This document shows, piece after piece, positions 8,749 through 18,140 of a stretch of 64,000 nt of DNA. The stretch spans positions 1-64,000 of IMG/VR virus record IMGVR_UViG_3300032731_000668; one strand, given 5' to 3'. The translations under genes and the position numbers were made by a program. Source of the stretch: a virus. Lineage: Duplodnaviria; Heunggongvirae; Uroviricota; Caudoviricetes. Under the pieces are notes generated by a model. The model was not told where the DNA came from and ran no database searches. It worked only from the letters and a program-made list of their open reading frames with translations. How positions within the stretch are numbered: position 1 is the stretch's first letter; each line of letters starts with the position of its first letter.

Positions 8749-9153
8749 ATGAATATAATGCCAATAATACCAACACCATTTGAACGAATGAAAAACTTTT
8801 TAGAAAATGCAGGATATAAGCTACAACATTGTGTTTCTGAATATGGATCAGAGGGATATTTATATTTTCCAGAAACGTCAGATTGTTATGATGTTGCTAT
8901 TTATTTTGGATATCCGTCAGGAAAAGAATACTATTGGCAATTAGAGGGTAAAATCGCAGTAGAAAATCGTGCTTGCTTTGATAAGTGGTCAAAAGCACCC
9001 TTTTATGTTTGGCTTCCAGAGTCAGATAAAAAAGCTGAAAAAATTATGAAAGTTATTGAATTTCTTAAAACAGATCAGGGTATAATATGTCTAATAATTT
9101 TGGCGATATACACATCCTATTTGATTTTGAAATTCCAGAAAGGTAAAAAATGA
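8749..9153 (+). CDS. hypothetical protein with C-terminal TM helix (134 aa)
   Basis: AAAGGAAAATAAA RBS precedes ATG 8749; hydrophobic C-terminus. Confidence 0.5.
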   Translation: MNIMPIIPTPFERMKNFLENAGYKLQHCVSEYGSEGYLYFPETSDCYDVAIYFGYPSGKEYYWQLEGKIAVENRACFDKWSKAPFYVWLPESDKKAEKIMKVIEFLKTDQGIICLIILAIYTSYLILKFQKGKK

Positions 9154-9407
9154 AAAAATCTACTTTAAAATATTACAATGGCGGAGATAATTATAAAGGT
9201 ACTTTCAATATAAATTTGGTCGAAAGAAAACGGTGGCATAAAAAAGCTAAAGAAAGCGGTCAGGTTGGCTATCTGACTGGCTATCATTATGACTATGATG
9301 GGGAAAAATCAAGTGTGGTTTGTTATTTTAGAAAAAAACCATCTTTTGATACCATTAAACTAAGACGCAGAAATGGACTTCTTCGTGCTACGTGGTATTG
9401 GTTATAA
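9150..9407 (+). CDS. hypothetical protein (85 aa)
   Basis: ORF overlapping the previous stop; GGTAAAAA RBS. Confidence 0.5.
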   Translation: MKKSTLKYYNGGDNYKGTFNINLVERKRWHKKAKESGQVGYLTGYHYDYDGEKSSVVCYFRKKPSFDTIKLRRRNGLLRATWYWL

Positions 9408-9435
9408 CAAAACCACATAAAAGAGAGATTTTATT
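9407..9435. repeat. intergenic inverted-repeat element (AACCACATAAAA...ATTTTAT family)
   Basis: caaaaccacataaaagagagattttatt; motif begins at the stop codon of the upstream CDS. Confidence 0.7.
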
Positions 9436-9613
9436 ATGAAAATAAAAACAAAAATATTTATTAATGATATCAATGAATATGCGAAAAATAATCAATTGTT
9501 TTGGGTTTGTGCTATGGCAAAAGATTGCAACAAAATCTTAGTCAATCATTTAGATAAATTGCATGAAAGCGCAAGAATAGCAGTAGAACATTATAATAAT
9601 AAGGAGAATTAAT

Positions 9614-9841
9614 ATGGATAATCACATAGACATGAATCACAAAGAGATCATAACAGATTTAATGGTTAGATTATATTGTGAAAAAGTTAGTCTATACCAT
9701 CAGATTTTTGAGAAACAAGACGTATTGAATAATCAGATCATGATATTGCAAGAATTAATGTTAGCCGAAGGATTAGAGTATGGTATAAATTTTATGAGTT
9801 TCGACAATTTAATTAAGTATGACGTAGAGGAAAAATTTTAA
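9614..9841 (+). CDS. hypothetical protein (75 aa)
   Basis: ORF with AAGGAGAA RBS. Confidence 0.5.
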   Translation: MDNHIDMNHKEIITDLMVRLYCEKVSLYHQIFEKQDVLNNQIMILQELMLAEGLEYGINFMSFDNLIKYDVEEKF

Positions 9842-9842
9842 A

Positions 9843-10142
9843 ATGAACATCAATCAAATCGAAGTAATACACGATAGCAATAAATTATTTTCCTTTTTAG
9901 GCAACAATCCAGATATATTAAAAAGTTATATAAAAGAGCATAAAAAATTGATTGAGGAAGAATACCCCCATACAAATATAAATATCCATTTTGGAGAAAT
10001 AGATTGCAATACAATAATTAAAATGAACGGTAAAACATATAACAGTAATAATATTGGCGTATTAAATGATCCGAATTTTATACCAGAAAATATTTTATTT
10101 TTAGAAGATCAGATTGATTTATGCAACCTTAAAAAATGCTAA
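9843..10142 (+). CDS. hypothetical protein (99 aa)
   Basis: ORF adjacent to the previous stop. Confidence 0.55.
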   Translation: MNINQIEVIHDSNKLFSFLGNNPDILKSYIKEHKKLIEEEYPHTNINIHFGEIDCNTIIKMNGKTYNSNNIGVLNDPNFIPENILFLEDQIDLCNLKKC

Positions 10143-10147
10143 AACAC

Positions 10148-10175
10148 TTGACAAAAATATAAAAAAGTGTATAAT
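10148..10175 (+). promoter_or_regulatory. consensus sigma70-like promoter TTGACA-16-TATAAT
   Basis: TTGACA 10148-10153, TATAAT 10170-10175; drives CDS 10202 onward. Confidence 0.7.
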
Positions 10176-10201
10176 GAAGTAGGAATAAAGGAGAAAATAT
10201 T

Positions 10202-10402
10202 ATGAGAACAAGCAACAAGGTTTTTACAACAGGAGCACATTTATATCCACTTCTTGTTGCCTTTGAAAACGGCAACAAACAATGGCGTTGGGTTGTTAGT
10301 AGATTTGAAGACGATAGTTTTGGTGATGATGGTGAACCAGTTGATATATATGCATATGCAGACACAGAAGAAAAATTATTTGTTCCAGAAGATGAAGGAT
10401 AA
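10202..10402 (+). CDS. small highly acidic protein (66 aa)
   Basis: ORF with AAAGGAGAAAA RBS; Asp/Glu-rich C-terminal half. Confidence 0.55.
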   Translation: MRTSNKVFTTGAHLYPLLVAFENGNKQWRWVVSRFEDDSFGDDGEPVDIYAYADTEEKLFVPEDEG

Positions 10403-10405
10403 AAA

Positions 10406-10591
10406 ATGAAAAAATTTAATGTTTATTCTAACGAAACAGTATTCTATATGCAAACTATTGAAGCCGAAAACGAAAAAGAAGCATATGAAAAAGCCGACCA
10501 TGCAGGGAATTTTCTTCTTGGGGAAGATGATGTACAAGGTGGAATGGATTCTGGTTGGCATGTTGAATTTGTGGAAAAAGTTAAGGAATAA
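10406..10591 (+). CDS. small acidic protein (61 aa)
   Basis: ORF directly after 10202-10402; acidic. Confidence 0.55.
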   Translation: MKKFNVYSNETVFYMQTIEAENEKEAYEKADHAGNFLLGEDDVQGGMDSGWHVEFVEKVKE

Positions 10592-10594
10592 ATT

Positions 10595-11359
10595 ATGATT
10601 AAATCTCAATTACTACCAATACTAAGACAAGCAGTAAAATATGCACCCAAAAAAGATAGATGGGGCGAAACAAAGATACCTATTTTAGCAAATGCAAGAA
10701 TTATGTCTAACAATGGGGTTTTAGCAGTTGAAACAACCAATTTAGAAAAACATTTTGTCGGACATATAAAAGGTTCTGATATTCCCAATACAGAATTTCT
10801 TATTGATGTCAGATGGTTAAAAGATATAATCAACGTAATGGATAAAAAAGTAGATATTGAATTTGAAATTTCTTATCGTTGGCTATCCAGTAATGGGCAT
10901 AGTAAACAAGAACTTACTTCACCAGTATTGATCGTTAAACAAAATAGAACTATATTTAATCTAAAAGTTAGAATGAACTTGGAAGATTTTCCTCTCCATC
11001 CAGTTGATAATAATCTTAAGTATGTTGAAGAAAATATTGATGGCAAAAATTTTACTGGTATACTTTATACTTATGACAATGAAGATGAATATCAAAATCC
11101 TTATAAAATTCATAAAGATAAGAGAAAAGAATTAAATAAACTACTTCCAAAATATTTAGTAATTAATGGTGCTATCGCTATAAAAACAGGAATATCATAT
11201 GATCTTATTCCCAATAATAAGCCCAATTCTTACGACTACAAATATTATGGAAATTACGATTTATCCTATGGTTCAAATATACAAGATGATGTTAGAAAAA
11301 TATCTGTAAATGAAATCAAAAATTATGAAGCAGTTGATACGAAGAAAGAGAGAAAATAA
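10595..11359 (+). CDS. hypothetical protein whose N-terminus resembles the DnaN clamp N-terminus (254 aa)
   Basis: LLPILRQAV...IPILANARIM...LAVETTNLEKHF is reminiscent of the DnaN LPILxNxLL...TDLE region; weak. Confidence 0.6.
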   Translation: MIKSQLLPILRQAVKYAPKKDRWGETKIPILANARIMSNNGVLAVETTNLEKHFVGHIKGSDIPNTEFLIDVRWLKDIINVMDKKVDIEFEISYRWLSSNGHSKQELTSPVLIVKQNRTIFNLKVRMNLEDFPLHPVDNNLKYVEENIDGKNFTGILYTYDNEDEYQNPYKIHKDKRKELNKLLPKYLVINGAIAIKTGISYDLIPNNKPNSYDYKYYGNYDLSYGSNIQDDVRKISVNEIKNYEAVDTKKERK

Positions 11360-11370
11360 TAGGAGAAATA

Positions 11371-11559
11371 ATGTTTTTAATTTTGCTAAGAATTCCAGAA
11401 GTTGATAAATTTTGTATGAGTGTTGAGCATTTACACGTTGTCGAAATACAAAAGTTGTTAAAAAAGGAAAGATGTTTATGGAAAAGATATATTTTGAAAA
11501 AGTTGATCAAAATTGAGTTTGATGAATATAATTTTATGGAAAAGACAAATCAAAATTAG
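11371..11559 (+). CDS. hypothetical protein (62 aa)
   Basis: ORF with AGGAGAAATA RBS. Confidence 0.4.
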   Translation: MFLILLRIPEVDKFCMSVEHLHVVEIQKLLKKERCLWKRYILKKLIKIEFDEYNFMEKTNQN

Positions 11560-11574
11560 CAAAAGGAAAATAAA

Positions 11575-11814
11575 ATGGAACATTTTGAAACAGGCGTATT
11601 TGTTTTATTAGGGATTTTTATATTTTATATTTATAACGAGGGTGTTGGGAGTGATATTGTAAAAGAATCTAAATGGTTAACAGGTCTTTCTGATAGTCAA
11701 TTTATTCGATATATAATTTCCTGTATTGTTAGTTCTTTGACAGTTATAATTGGACTTCCAATATTTTGTGCAATAGCATACGTTTTTGGTTGGATGTTTT
11801 CACTATTTTTTTAA
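11575..11814 (+). CDS. small membrane protein (79 aa, two TM segments)
   Basis: ORF with AAAAGGAAAA RBS; hydrophobic stretches. Confidence 0.5.
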   Translation: MEHFETGVFVLLGIFIFYIYNEGVGSDIVKESKWLTGLSDSQFIRYIISCIVSSLTVIIGLPIFCAIAYVFGWMFSLFF

Positions 11815-12212
11815 AAGGAATAAAAGACAAGAAGCTAAGAGGAAAGAGATAACATGAAAATATGGATTGGACTTATTAGGAAAAGTCTTGCTTTTCGTTA
11901 ATGTAGGTTGTGTAATTATTAAAATTGCGCAAATAATGGCAAGACTATAAAAATCACATAAAATGATAGTTTCTGTGGTACACTAATAACAGATAAGGAG
12001 ATAAAATGTTTTGGTTGATTTTTGGACTATTATTTGCTTGGTTTGCAGACGATTTGCTACAATTTGAATGGAGTAATGCTTTTTTTGAGCCAGATTTTAG
12101 TAGAGTAGTAGCATTTTGTTTTTGTTTAATAATTGTGTATATGAAAGGGGTTTTTGAGGAAGACTAAACAACATAAAATGATAGTTTTATCATATAAAAA
12201 AGGAGATTAGAA

Positions 12213-12458
12213 ATGAAAAATAAAAAAATGAAAAAAATATTAGTTTTACTTATGCTTGTTCTTTTGATTTCATGCGCACCTGCTGATTTATACACATCCT
12301 CAAATTCGTCTTCAAATTCATCTTCAGAAGAATCTACGCAAAGATTAGACAGTAGTACGTTTTATAGGGTTTTCGATGTCGCAGAAATGGGTATCAGGTG
12401 TGTTTTTGTTGATGGATATCAGAATGGTGCAATGTGGTGTGTTGATTTAGATCAGTAA
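12213..12458 (+). CDS. putative lipoprotein (81 aa; signal peptide plus LISC lipobox)
   Basis: N-terminal KKILVLLMLVLLISC lipobox; Ser-rich linker. Confidence 0.55.
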   Translation: MKNKKMKKILVLLMLVLLISCAPADLYTSSNSSSNSSSEESTQRLDSSTFYRVFDVAEMGIRCVFVDGYQNGAMWCVDLDQ

Positions 12459-12647
12459 AAGGAGATTAAAATGGCAAGAAAAATTGTTTTTTATGATTTA
12501 TGTGGTAATACTCTAAGCTATTGCGTTGGCACAGTTGTTGTGGCTTTGATTTTTCATGATGTAAAACTTTTGGCTTTAATGATTCCCTGTATTGTGGGAA
12601 CATTTTCGCTTTATTTCTTGTGGGGTAGAAAGATAGAAGAATAAACA

Positions 12648-12672
12648 AACCACATAAAACGATAATTTTATC
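12648..12672. repeat. intergenic inverted-repeat element (AACCACATAAAA family)
   Basis: aaaccacataaaacgataattttatc. Confidence 0.7.
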
Positions 12673-12686
12673 TGAAAAGGAGAACT

Positions 12687-13463
12687 ATGTTAACAAAAAC
12701 ATTAAGGTTTGATGAACAAGTTTTAACAGTATTAAGGTCAATGGATTGGCAAAATGATGGTGAATTAGGTATTCTTACTTGCGGTCAGTTAGATCGCAAA
12801 ATGTATACTTCGGTAAATAAGGCATTAGACGCAATGGGCGGTAAATGGAATCGAAAATTAGGCGGTCATGTGTTCAAAATCGATCCAAGAAATCAAGTTG
12901 AAGGTCTTTTAGATTCTGGCGAATTGTTAGTAGAAAAAGACGGATTTTTTGAAACTCCCACCGAAGTAATCGATCGAATGTTTGAAGTTGCCCCACCTCT
13001 TATTAATGAAAGAGTATTAGAACCTTCCGCGGGAATCGGTGCGATTGCATTGAGATTAATTGAAGTTAGATATAAAGCTACATACCTTAATTTGATTGAA
13101 AAGAATGCTGTCAGAGTTGATATTTTGAAAGAAAAATTTAATGAAGCATCCATTAGGTGTATGGATTTTTTAAGTTTGAATCCATTGACAACTAACCGAA
13201 AATTTGATAGAATCTATATGAATCCACCATTTGAAAATTTACAAGACATAGATCATGTACAACATGCATATAAATTTTTATCTGATAATGGCATTATGGT
13301 TTCTGTAATGGCTGAATCTGCATTTTTTAGAAGCGATAAAAAATCAGTTGCGTTTAGAGAATGGCTTACTGGATATAACGAAGAACTACCAGAAGGATCA
13401 TTCAAATCATCTGGGACAATGGTCAAAGCTAGATTGGTTGTAATAAAAAGTAAAACCACATAA
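12687..13463 (+). CDS. N6-adenine DNA methyltransferase (258 aa)
   Basis: SAM motif I LEPSAGIGA and catalytic motif IV IYMNPPF (NPPF). Confidence 0.85.
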   Translation: MLTKTLRFDEQVLTVLRSMDWQNDGELGILTCGQLDRKMYTSVNKALDAMGGKWNRKLGGHVFKIDPRNQVEGLLDSGELLVEKDGFFETPTEVIDRMFEVAPPLINERVLEPSAGIGAIALRLIEVRYKATYLNLIEKNAVRVDILKEKFNEASIRCMDFLSLNPLTTNRKFDRIYMNPPFENLQDIDHVQHAYKFLSDNGIMVSVMAESAFFRSDKKSVAFREWLTGYNEELPEGSFKSSGTMVKARLVVIKSKTT

Positions 13464-13480
13464 AATAAGGATTTTATCAT
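13452..13480. repeat. intergenic inverted-repeat element (AACCACATAAAAT...ATTTTATC)
   Basis: aaaaccacataaaataaggattttatcat; the TAA inside the left arm is the MTase stop codon. Confidence 0.75.
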
Positions 13481-13494
13481 AAAAGGAGATTATT

Positions 13495-13905
13495 ATGTTC
13501 AAAAAAATAGTGCAAGAAAAATGTGCAATAGAAACACAAAAAAATAAGGAAGAATTAGAATTACAAAACAAAGAAACAAGGAAAGATATAGTAGAATTTT
13601 TATCCAATCTTTTTGGCGAACAATGGAAAGATATAAAATATGAAGAGCGTGCAAACTATATTTATATTGAATATGATAAATATAACATAGCGTTTCGTCA
13701 AAGTTACTCATGGCAACCTACTACGCAATTTACGCAATCTAAGTATTACTACTGTGTATTTTATCAATGTACTACATGCTTCTATAACGGTAGTTTTAGA
13801 AAAATTTGTAATGCTTGCGATATTGTATCTGTAATCAAACAGGCAGATCAACATAAATGCGAAATCAAAAAAACATTTTTTAGCTTTCTCAAAAGGAAAA
13901 AATGA
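13495..13905 (+). CDS. hypothetical Cys-rich protein (136 aa)
   Basis: ORF with AAAAGGAGA RBS; YYCVFYQCTTCFYNG...CNACD cysteine cluster. Confidence 0.55.
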   Translation: MFKKIVQEKCAIETQKNKEELELQNKETRKDIVEFLSNLFGEQWKDIKYEERANYIYIEYDKYNIAFRQSYSWQPTTQFTQSKYYYCVFYQCTTCFYNGSFRKICNACDIVSVIKQADQHKCEIKKTFFSFLKRKK

Positions 13906-14186
13906 GTTACGTCTTATCAAAATCAGGTCGTAAAATGCCATTACCAAAAAACAAATTTAGATTACGATTAGATTCAGGCAGAAAATGTATGAATGACTTA
14001 AGAGAATTTAATCAATGGCTTATAGATCAATCGGTTGCGGAATGTAAAGCAAATAATGATAGTTACAATATTCTTTTCTTCGAAAATGAGAGTGTAAAAA
14101 ACTTACCACAAGCATCTATCGACCTTATGAATTTATATTTGTTTGATGATGCAGATGGTGTTGATTTAGTAATACATGAAGAATAA
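13902..14186 (+). CDS. hypothetical protein (94 aa)
   Basis: ORF overlapping the previous stop; AAAAGGAAAAAA RBS. Confidence 0.5.
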   Translation: MSYVLSKSGRKMPLPKNKFRLRLDSGRKCMNDLREFNQWLIDQSVAECKANNDSYNILFFENESVKNLPQASIDLMNLYLFDDADGVDLVIHEE

Positions 14187-14209
14187 AACCGAGCAATTTA
14201 ATTAAACCC

Positions 14210-14238
14210 TTGACAAATAAGAAAAATTATGATATACT
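14210..14238 (+). promoter_or_regulatory. sigma70-like promoter TTGACA-17-TATACT
   Basis: TTGACA 14210-14215, TATACT 14233-14238. Confidence 0.6.
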
Positions 14239-14577
14239 AAAGTGCACTTACGAGAAAAAAAGATATACATATATTATTTTTTAAAAAAATGTAATATACG
14301 AAAATTTTGATTGAATAACAAATGTAGATAATCCGAAAAGAAAAACAGATAAAAGAAAGATTTTATTATATAAAAGGAGATTGAGATGAATATTTTTATA
14401 AAAATATTATTTTGGATAATATGGTGTTTATTAAGCGGTAGCGTTGTGGGAAGATGGGTTGCGAATAAAAGGGGCGGGTGGTTTCATCTTATTGTTGCTC
14501 TTATTGCCTTGTCTGTAATAAATTTAGGCATTTTATATTTGATCAATACTTATTTAATAGTATAAAAGGAGATTAAA

Positions 14578-14910
14578 ATGAATTTTGAATTTGGGTGTAG
14601 TGTTTTGATGGTTTTACTTATTATTGGGATGATTATTGGATTTTCGGTGGTAGATTTAGGAAATAAACAAACGCTCGAAGCAACGGTAACAGATACATTT
14701 ATTGATGAAGGGAATACATATTTTGTTTTGCAAAGTGTAGATACGGAAGAAAAATTTGCTTGCGAAAATGAAGATTCACTTTGGTACGGAAAGTGGAATT
14801 CAAATGATTTTATAGTTGATATAGAAGTAGGAAATACTTATCAATTCTTTCTTGTGGGATACAGAGTTCCATTTCTTAGTGCTTTCCCAAACATTGTTTC
14901 TTACAAATAA
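14578..14910 (+). CDS. membrane-anchored protein (110 aa, N-terminal TM)
   Basis: ORF with AAAAGGAGA RBS; hydrophobic N-terminus. Confidence 0.5.
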   Translation: MNFEFGCSVLMVLLIIGMIIGFSVVDLGNKQTLEATVTDTFIDEGNTYFVLQSVDTEEKFACENEDSLWYGKWNSNDFIVDIEVGNTYQFFLVGYRVPFLSAFPNIVSYK

Positions 14911-14911
14911 T

Positions 14912-15100
14912 ATGAGGAAAACTGTATTTGATTGTGTAGATTGTGGAATGGATACTGGCAAAAAAGGTGAGTACTATATGGTTCACGATAAGATATGGAT
15001 GCTTTCTGGATTAGGATCTTATAATAGCAAAATGTTGTGTCTTAATTGTTTAGAAAAAAGAATCGGAAGACCATTAACAAAAGATGATTTTCCAACATGA
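14912..15100 (+). CDS. small zinc-ribbon protein (62 aa; CVDCG...CLNC)
   Basis: Internal ATG coupled to the previous stop; two CxxC pairs. Confidence 0.4.
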   Translation: MRKTVFDCVDCGMDTGKKGEYYMVHDKIWMLSGLGSYNSKMLCLNCLEKRIGRPLTKDDFPT

Positions 15101-15192
15101 AGGCATTACTTATGTAATTTACGAGGATGAGTCTGGATACAAAGTAACATTTACTGAATATCCGATAACACTTATTACTTTAGAGGTAAAAG

Positions 15193-15402
15193 ATGGCACT
15201 AAGGAAAATTAATAAAGCATATAAGAAAGTAAATAATCAAATCGCTTCTCAAATTGATAAGTCCAGCAAGTATTCAAGAGGGCTTGCTTATGAGGGTTAT
15301 CTCGGTGGTTATTTACAGGCTTTGCGTGACGTTACGGCAGTATTGAGAAAAATTCCAGTATCTCATAAAATGGCAATGTATTGGGAAGAGGAGCCAAAAT
15401 GA
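15193..15402 (+). CDS. hypothetical protein (69 aa)
   Basis: ORF with GAGGTAAAAG RBS. Confidence 0.5.
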   Translation: MALRKINKAYKKVNNQIASQIDKSSKYSRGLAYEGYLGGYLQALRDVTAVLRKIPVSHKMAMYWEEEPK

Positions 15403-15752
15403 CTAAAAAATTAAACGAAAAAATGGCGGAAGTGATGGGGTGGCATAAGGGAAAAGGCACTAAATCGGTATTCTCTGGTCTCACGGTTATTTGGTGGCGA
15501 GATAGTAATGATGAAGCACAATGTAAACTTTTCGACTGGAATCCCACAGAGGACTTGAATCAGGCGGTGCGGTGTGTGTTTAAGTCTGGCGCATCAAAGG
15601 TTTCAATTACAGAGGTTGATGTTGATAGGTATATGGCAAGCATTTATCCAGATTGTTTTTCAGACGATAATAAGCCAACATGCAAAATTTCTAATACTGC
15701 TTCACTCGCCATCTGTGAAGCAATCCGAGAAGCGATACTTGAAACAAGATAA
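15399..15752 (+). CDS. hypothetical protein (117 aa) in a locally GC-richer segment
   Basis: GGAG RBS before ATG 15399; composition differs from its neighbours. Confidence 0.5.
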   Translation: MTKKLNEKMAEVMGWHKGKGTKSVFSGLTVIWWRDSNDEAQCKLFDWNPTEDLNQAVRCVFKSGASKVSITEVDVDRYMASIYPDCFSDDNKPTCKISNTASLAICEAIREAILETR

Positions 15753-15786
15753 AATCACGATTTTATCATAAAAAGGAAATAAAATA

Positions 15787-16569
15787 TTGAAAAAAATATT
15801 TTTAATAATATTATTGATATTATTAGTAATTACATCTTGTTCTATGCCAGTAGAGCATGAAATATCTGTTGATAATTCTTTTCCAACTAATGAAGTTGGA
15901 AAAGAATATACTGGCTATGTAACTTTTTGGTTTGACGATGGATATAATTCTACTTATAATGTAGCGTTTCCAGAACTTGAAAAAAGAGGGTGGGATGCAG
16001 TAATTGCTGTACTTGCCGACCGAGAATATGCAGTCAAGGCATTTTACCCAAAAGAAATTATTGCTTGGAACGAATTAGAAATACTTGAAAAAGCTGGATG
16101 GGAAATATCAAGTCATTCGACTCATCATCTTCATTTGAATACATATGGAGAAAAAGACGACAAAATATTTAAAGAAGAAATTACGGACTCTTCAGCAATA
16201 TTAAAAAAAATAGGTTTTGAAGTTGTTTCATTTACATTTCCATATGGAGAACAAGGTGGTACGGCTGGACAAAAATACGTAAAAGACAATTATGATTATT
16301 GGCGATCAAGTCAAAATGGAGTCAATGAATTACCAGCTTGGAAACATCTTTTAGCGTATTCAATTACACCAGATACAACAAAAAATGTAATTAGAAAGTG
16401 GATTACAGAAGCAGAAAATTCTGGATGGCTAATTATTAATTTCCATGATATTAGTGAAATATCCTATGATGATTGGGATCAATCAATAGAACAATTTATA
16501 GAATTATTGAAGATAATTGAGGAATCTAATTTACAAGTAGTTATTCCAAAACAAATATATGGTCAATAA
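15787..16569 (+). CDS. polysaccharide deacetylase (NodB/CE4-like) lipoprotein (260 aa, TTG start)
   Basis: Lipobox LLVITSC; NodB motifs TFWFDDGY and HSTHH. Confidence 0.7.
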   Translation: MKKIFLIILLILLVITSCSMPVEHEISVDNSFPTNEVGKEYTGYVTFWFDDGYNSTYNVAFPELEKRGWDAVIAVLADREYAVKAFYPKEIIAWNELEILEKAGWEISSHSTHHLHLNTYGEKDDKIFKEEITDSSAILKKIGFEVVSFTFPYGEQGGTAGQKYVKDNYDYWRSSQNGVNELPAWKHLLAYSITPDTTKNVIRKWITEAENSGWLIINFHDISEISYDDWDQSIEQFIELLKIIEESNLQVVIPKQIYGQ

Positions 16570-16991
16570 TGATGGCTTGGACAATAGTTCCCGTTAATAT
16601 AATGGAGTTGTGTGTGCAGAGGGTTCGATGGAACAGGGGTGGGGTTGATGCATTAAGGGATATTGGGTGGAATAGGGGAACATATAGAGACATTTTGCAA
16701 CATATATGGGGCAATATTGCCACCATTGTCTTAATGTATATTTATATTGGATGGATATTCTATATGATCAATACGAATAGTTATCATATTTATTATCATT
16801 GGTCTATACTGTTATTAATAATGTTTGGTATGTACGATAAAATATATCGAATAAAAAACTACGTTGATAACTTAAAAATATGTGATTGGTTAATAGCCAT
16901 TATCTTGATGCCAATATATAATCAGGTACAAACTATATTGTTATATATATCTTATGCGCAATCATTTGTGGGAACAAATAAAAATTGGTAA
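16569..16991 (+). CDS. multi-pass membrane protein (140 aa)
   Basis: ORF coupled to the previous stop; several hydrophobic segments. Confidence 0.55.
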   Translation: MMAWTIVPVNIMELCVQRVRWNRGGVDALRDIGWNRGTYRDILQHIWGNIATIVLMYIYIGWIFYMINTNSYHIYYHWSILLLIMFGMYDKIYRIKNYVDNLKICDWLIAIILMPIYNQVQTILLYISYAQSFVGTNKNW

Positions 16992-17253
16992 AAATAATAA
17001 AAGGAAAGGAGAGAAAAATGGATTATGGAATACCTGTACTTCCAGCAGCGGGTGGCGGAATTGCCTTAACAACATTTGGATTTTATAGTAATAATTATAT
17101 TGTCTTAATGTTGGGAGTAGTTTTATTAGCAGTAGTGTTAGTTAGTCATATCAAATTAAGAATAAATGAAAAGTAAGTAATAAATAATTGTTTCGCCGCC
17201 GCCAAAAAATATACGATAAAATCGTACTTTTATTGTGAGAAGAAAAAAATAAA

Positions 17254-17661
17254 ATGACAATTGAAAAAGATTTTTGGAAACATAAAACTTTAACAGAAAT
17301 GTCTTCAGAAGAATGGAACTCATTATGTAGCCGATGCGGAGTTTGTTGTCTATGTAAAATTATTGATACAGACGGAAAAATTCAGTGGACAAATATTGCC
17401 TGTTATTATCTGGATTTTGAAACCCGCACTTGCCAAATATATGATAACAGAAAAAATATATATCCGAGATGCATAAAGCTCACTCCTGACAATGTTAAAG
17501 ATTTTGAATATTTACCAGAAACATGTGTCTATCGTATGCTTGCAGATGGAAAGCCACTACCTGACTGGCATCCATTGATTACAGGTGATCCAAATTCTGT
17601 TTCTCAAAATCCTCATAAGCTTAAACTTGACAATATTATTAAAAAAAGCAAAGATAAATAA
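17254..17661 (+). CDS. CxxCxxCC zinc/iron-chelating domain protein (YkgJ-like, 135 aa)
   Basis: CSRCGVCCLC motif plus further Cys. Confidence 0.6.
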   Translation: MTIEKDFWKHKTLTEMSSEEWNSLCSRCGVCCLCKIIDTDGKIQWTNIACYYLDFETRTCQIYDNRKNIYPRCIKLTPDNVKDFEYLPETCVYRMLADGKPLPDWHPLITGDPNSVSQNPHKLKLDNIIKKSKDK

Positions 17662-17668
17662 AAATATC

Positions 17669-17697
17669 TTGACAGAGAATAAATTATGTGTTATGAT
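17669..17697 (+). promoter_or_regulatory. sigma70-like promoter TTGACA-17-TATGAT
   Basis: TTGACA 17669-17674, TATGAT 17692-17697, upstream of CDS 17715. Confidence 0.6.
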
Positions 17698-17714
17698 ATA
17701 TAGGAGATAATTTT

Positions 17715-17921
17715 ATGGAAAAAATATTAAATATAAATGGTTGTGGTTTTGATTGTCCGAACTTTAGAAGTTGTCCTACGCATAGCGGACAACTTTTTGA
17801 ATGTCTTTTGATAAATGAAAAAGTTTTAATACCTTATATGGATGGTGCTTCAAGCGAGATGGAAGTTTTAAAAAATTGGTTTGAAAATTTATGCACTCTG
17901 ACCAATGCCGAGAAAGAATAA
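17715..17921 (+). CDS. small Cys-containing protein (68 aa)
   Basis: ORF with AGGAGATAA RBS; CGFDCPNFRSCPTH. Confidence 0.5.
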   Translation: MEKILNINGCGFDCPNFRSCPTHSGQLFECLLINEKVLIPYMDGASSEMEVLKNWFENLCTLTNAEKE

Positions 17922-17924
17922 AAT

Positions 17925-18140
17925 ATGATTATTTCTATTTGGTTTAAAGATGGAGAGCGACGAACTCTAAAAAAAACTTCAGAAATATTTTTCGGAAAAT
18001 CAAAAAAGTTAGCAGGTAGTCATATAATGTTATTTGCAAGTGAAAAAGATAATATAATCAAGACTTACTATAGCTATCAAATAAAAAAAGTTACAATAAA
18101 AACACCAAAGGAAAAAAGTAAAAAATATGCCCACCAATAA
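17925..18140 (+). CDS. hypothetical protein (71 aa)
   Basis: ORF adjacent to the previous stop. Confidence 0.5.
   Translation: MIISIWFKDGERRTLKKTSEIFFGKSKKLAGSHIMLFASEKDNIIKTYYSYQIKKVTIKTPKEKSKKYAHQ

Noticed and set aside
17185-17215. GC-rich ttcgccgccgccaaaaaa as a rho-independent terminator
   Set aside because: No complementary upstream arm within 40 nt to form a stem.
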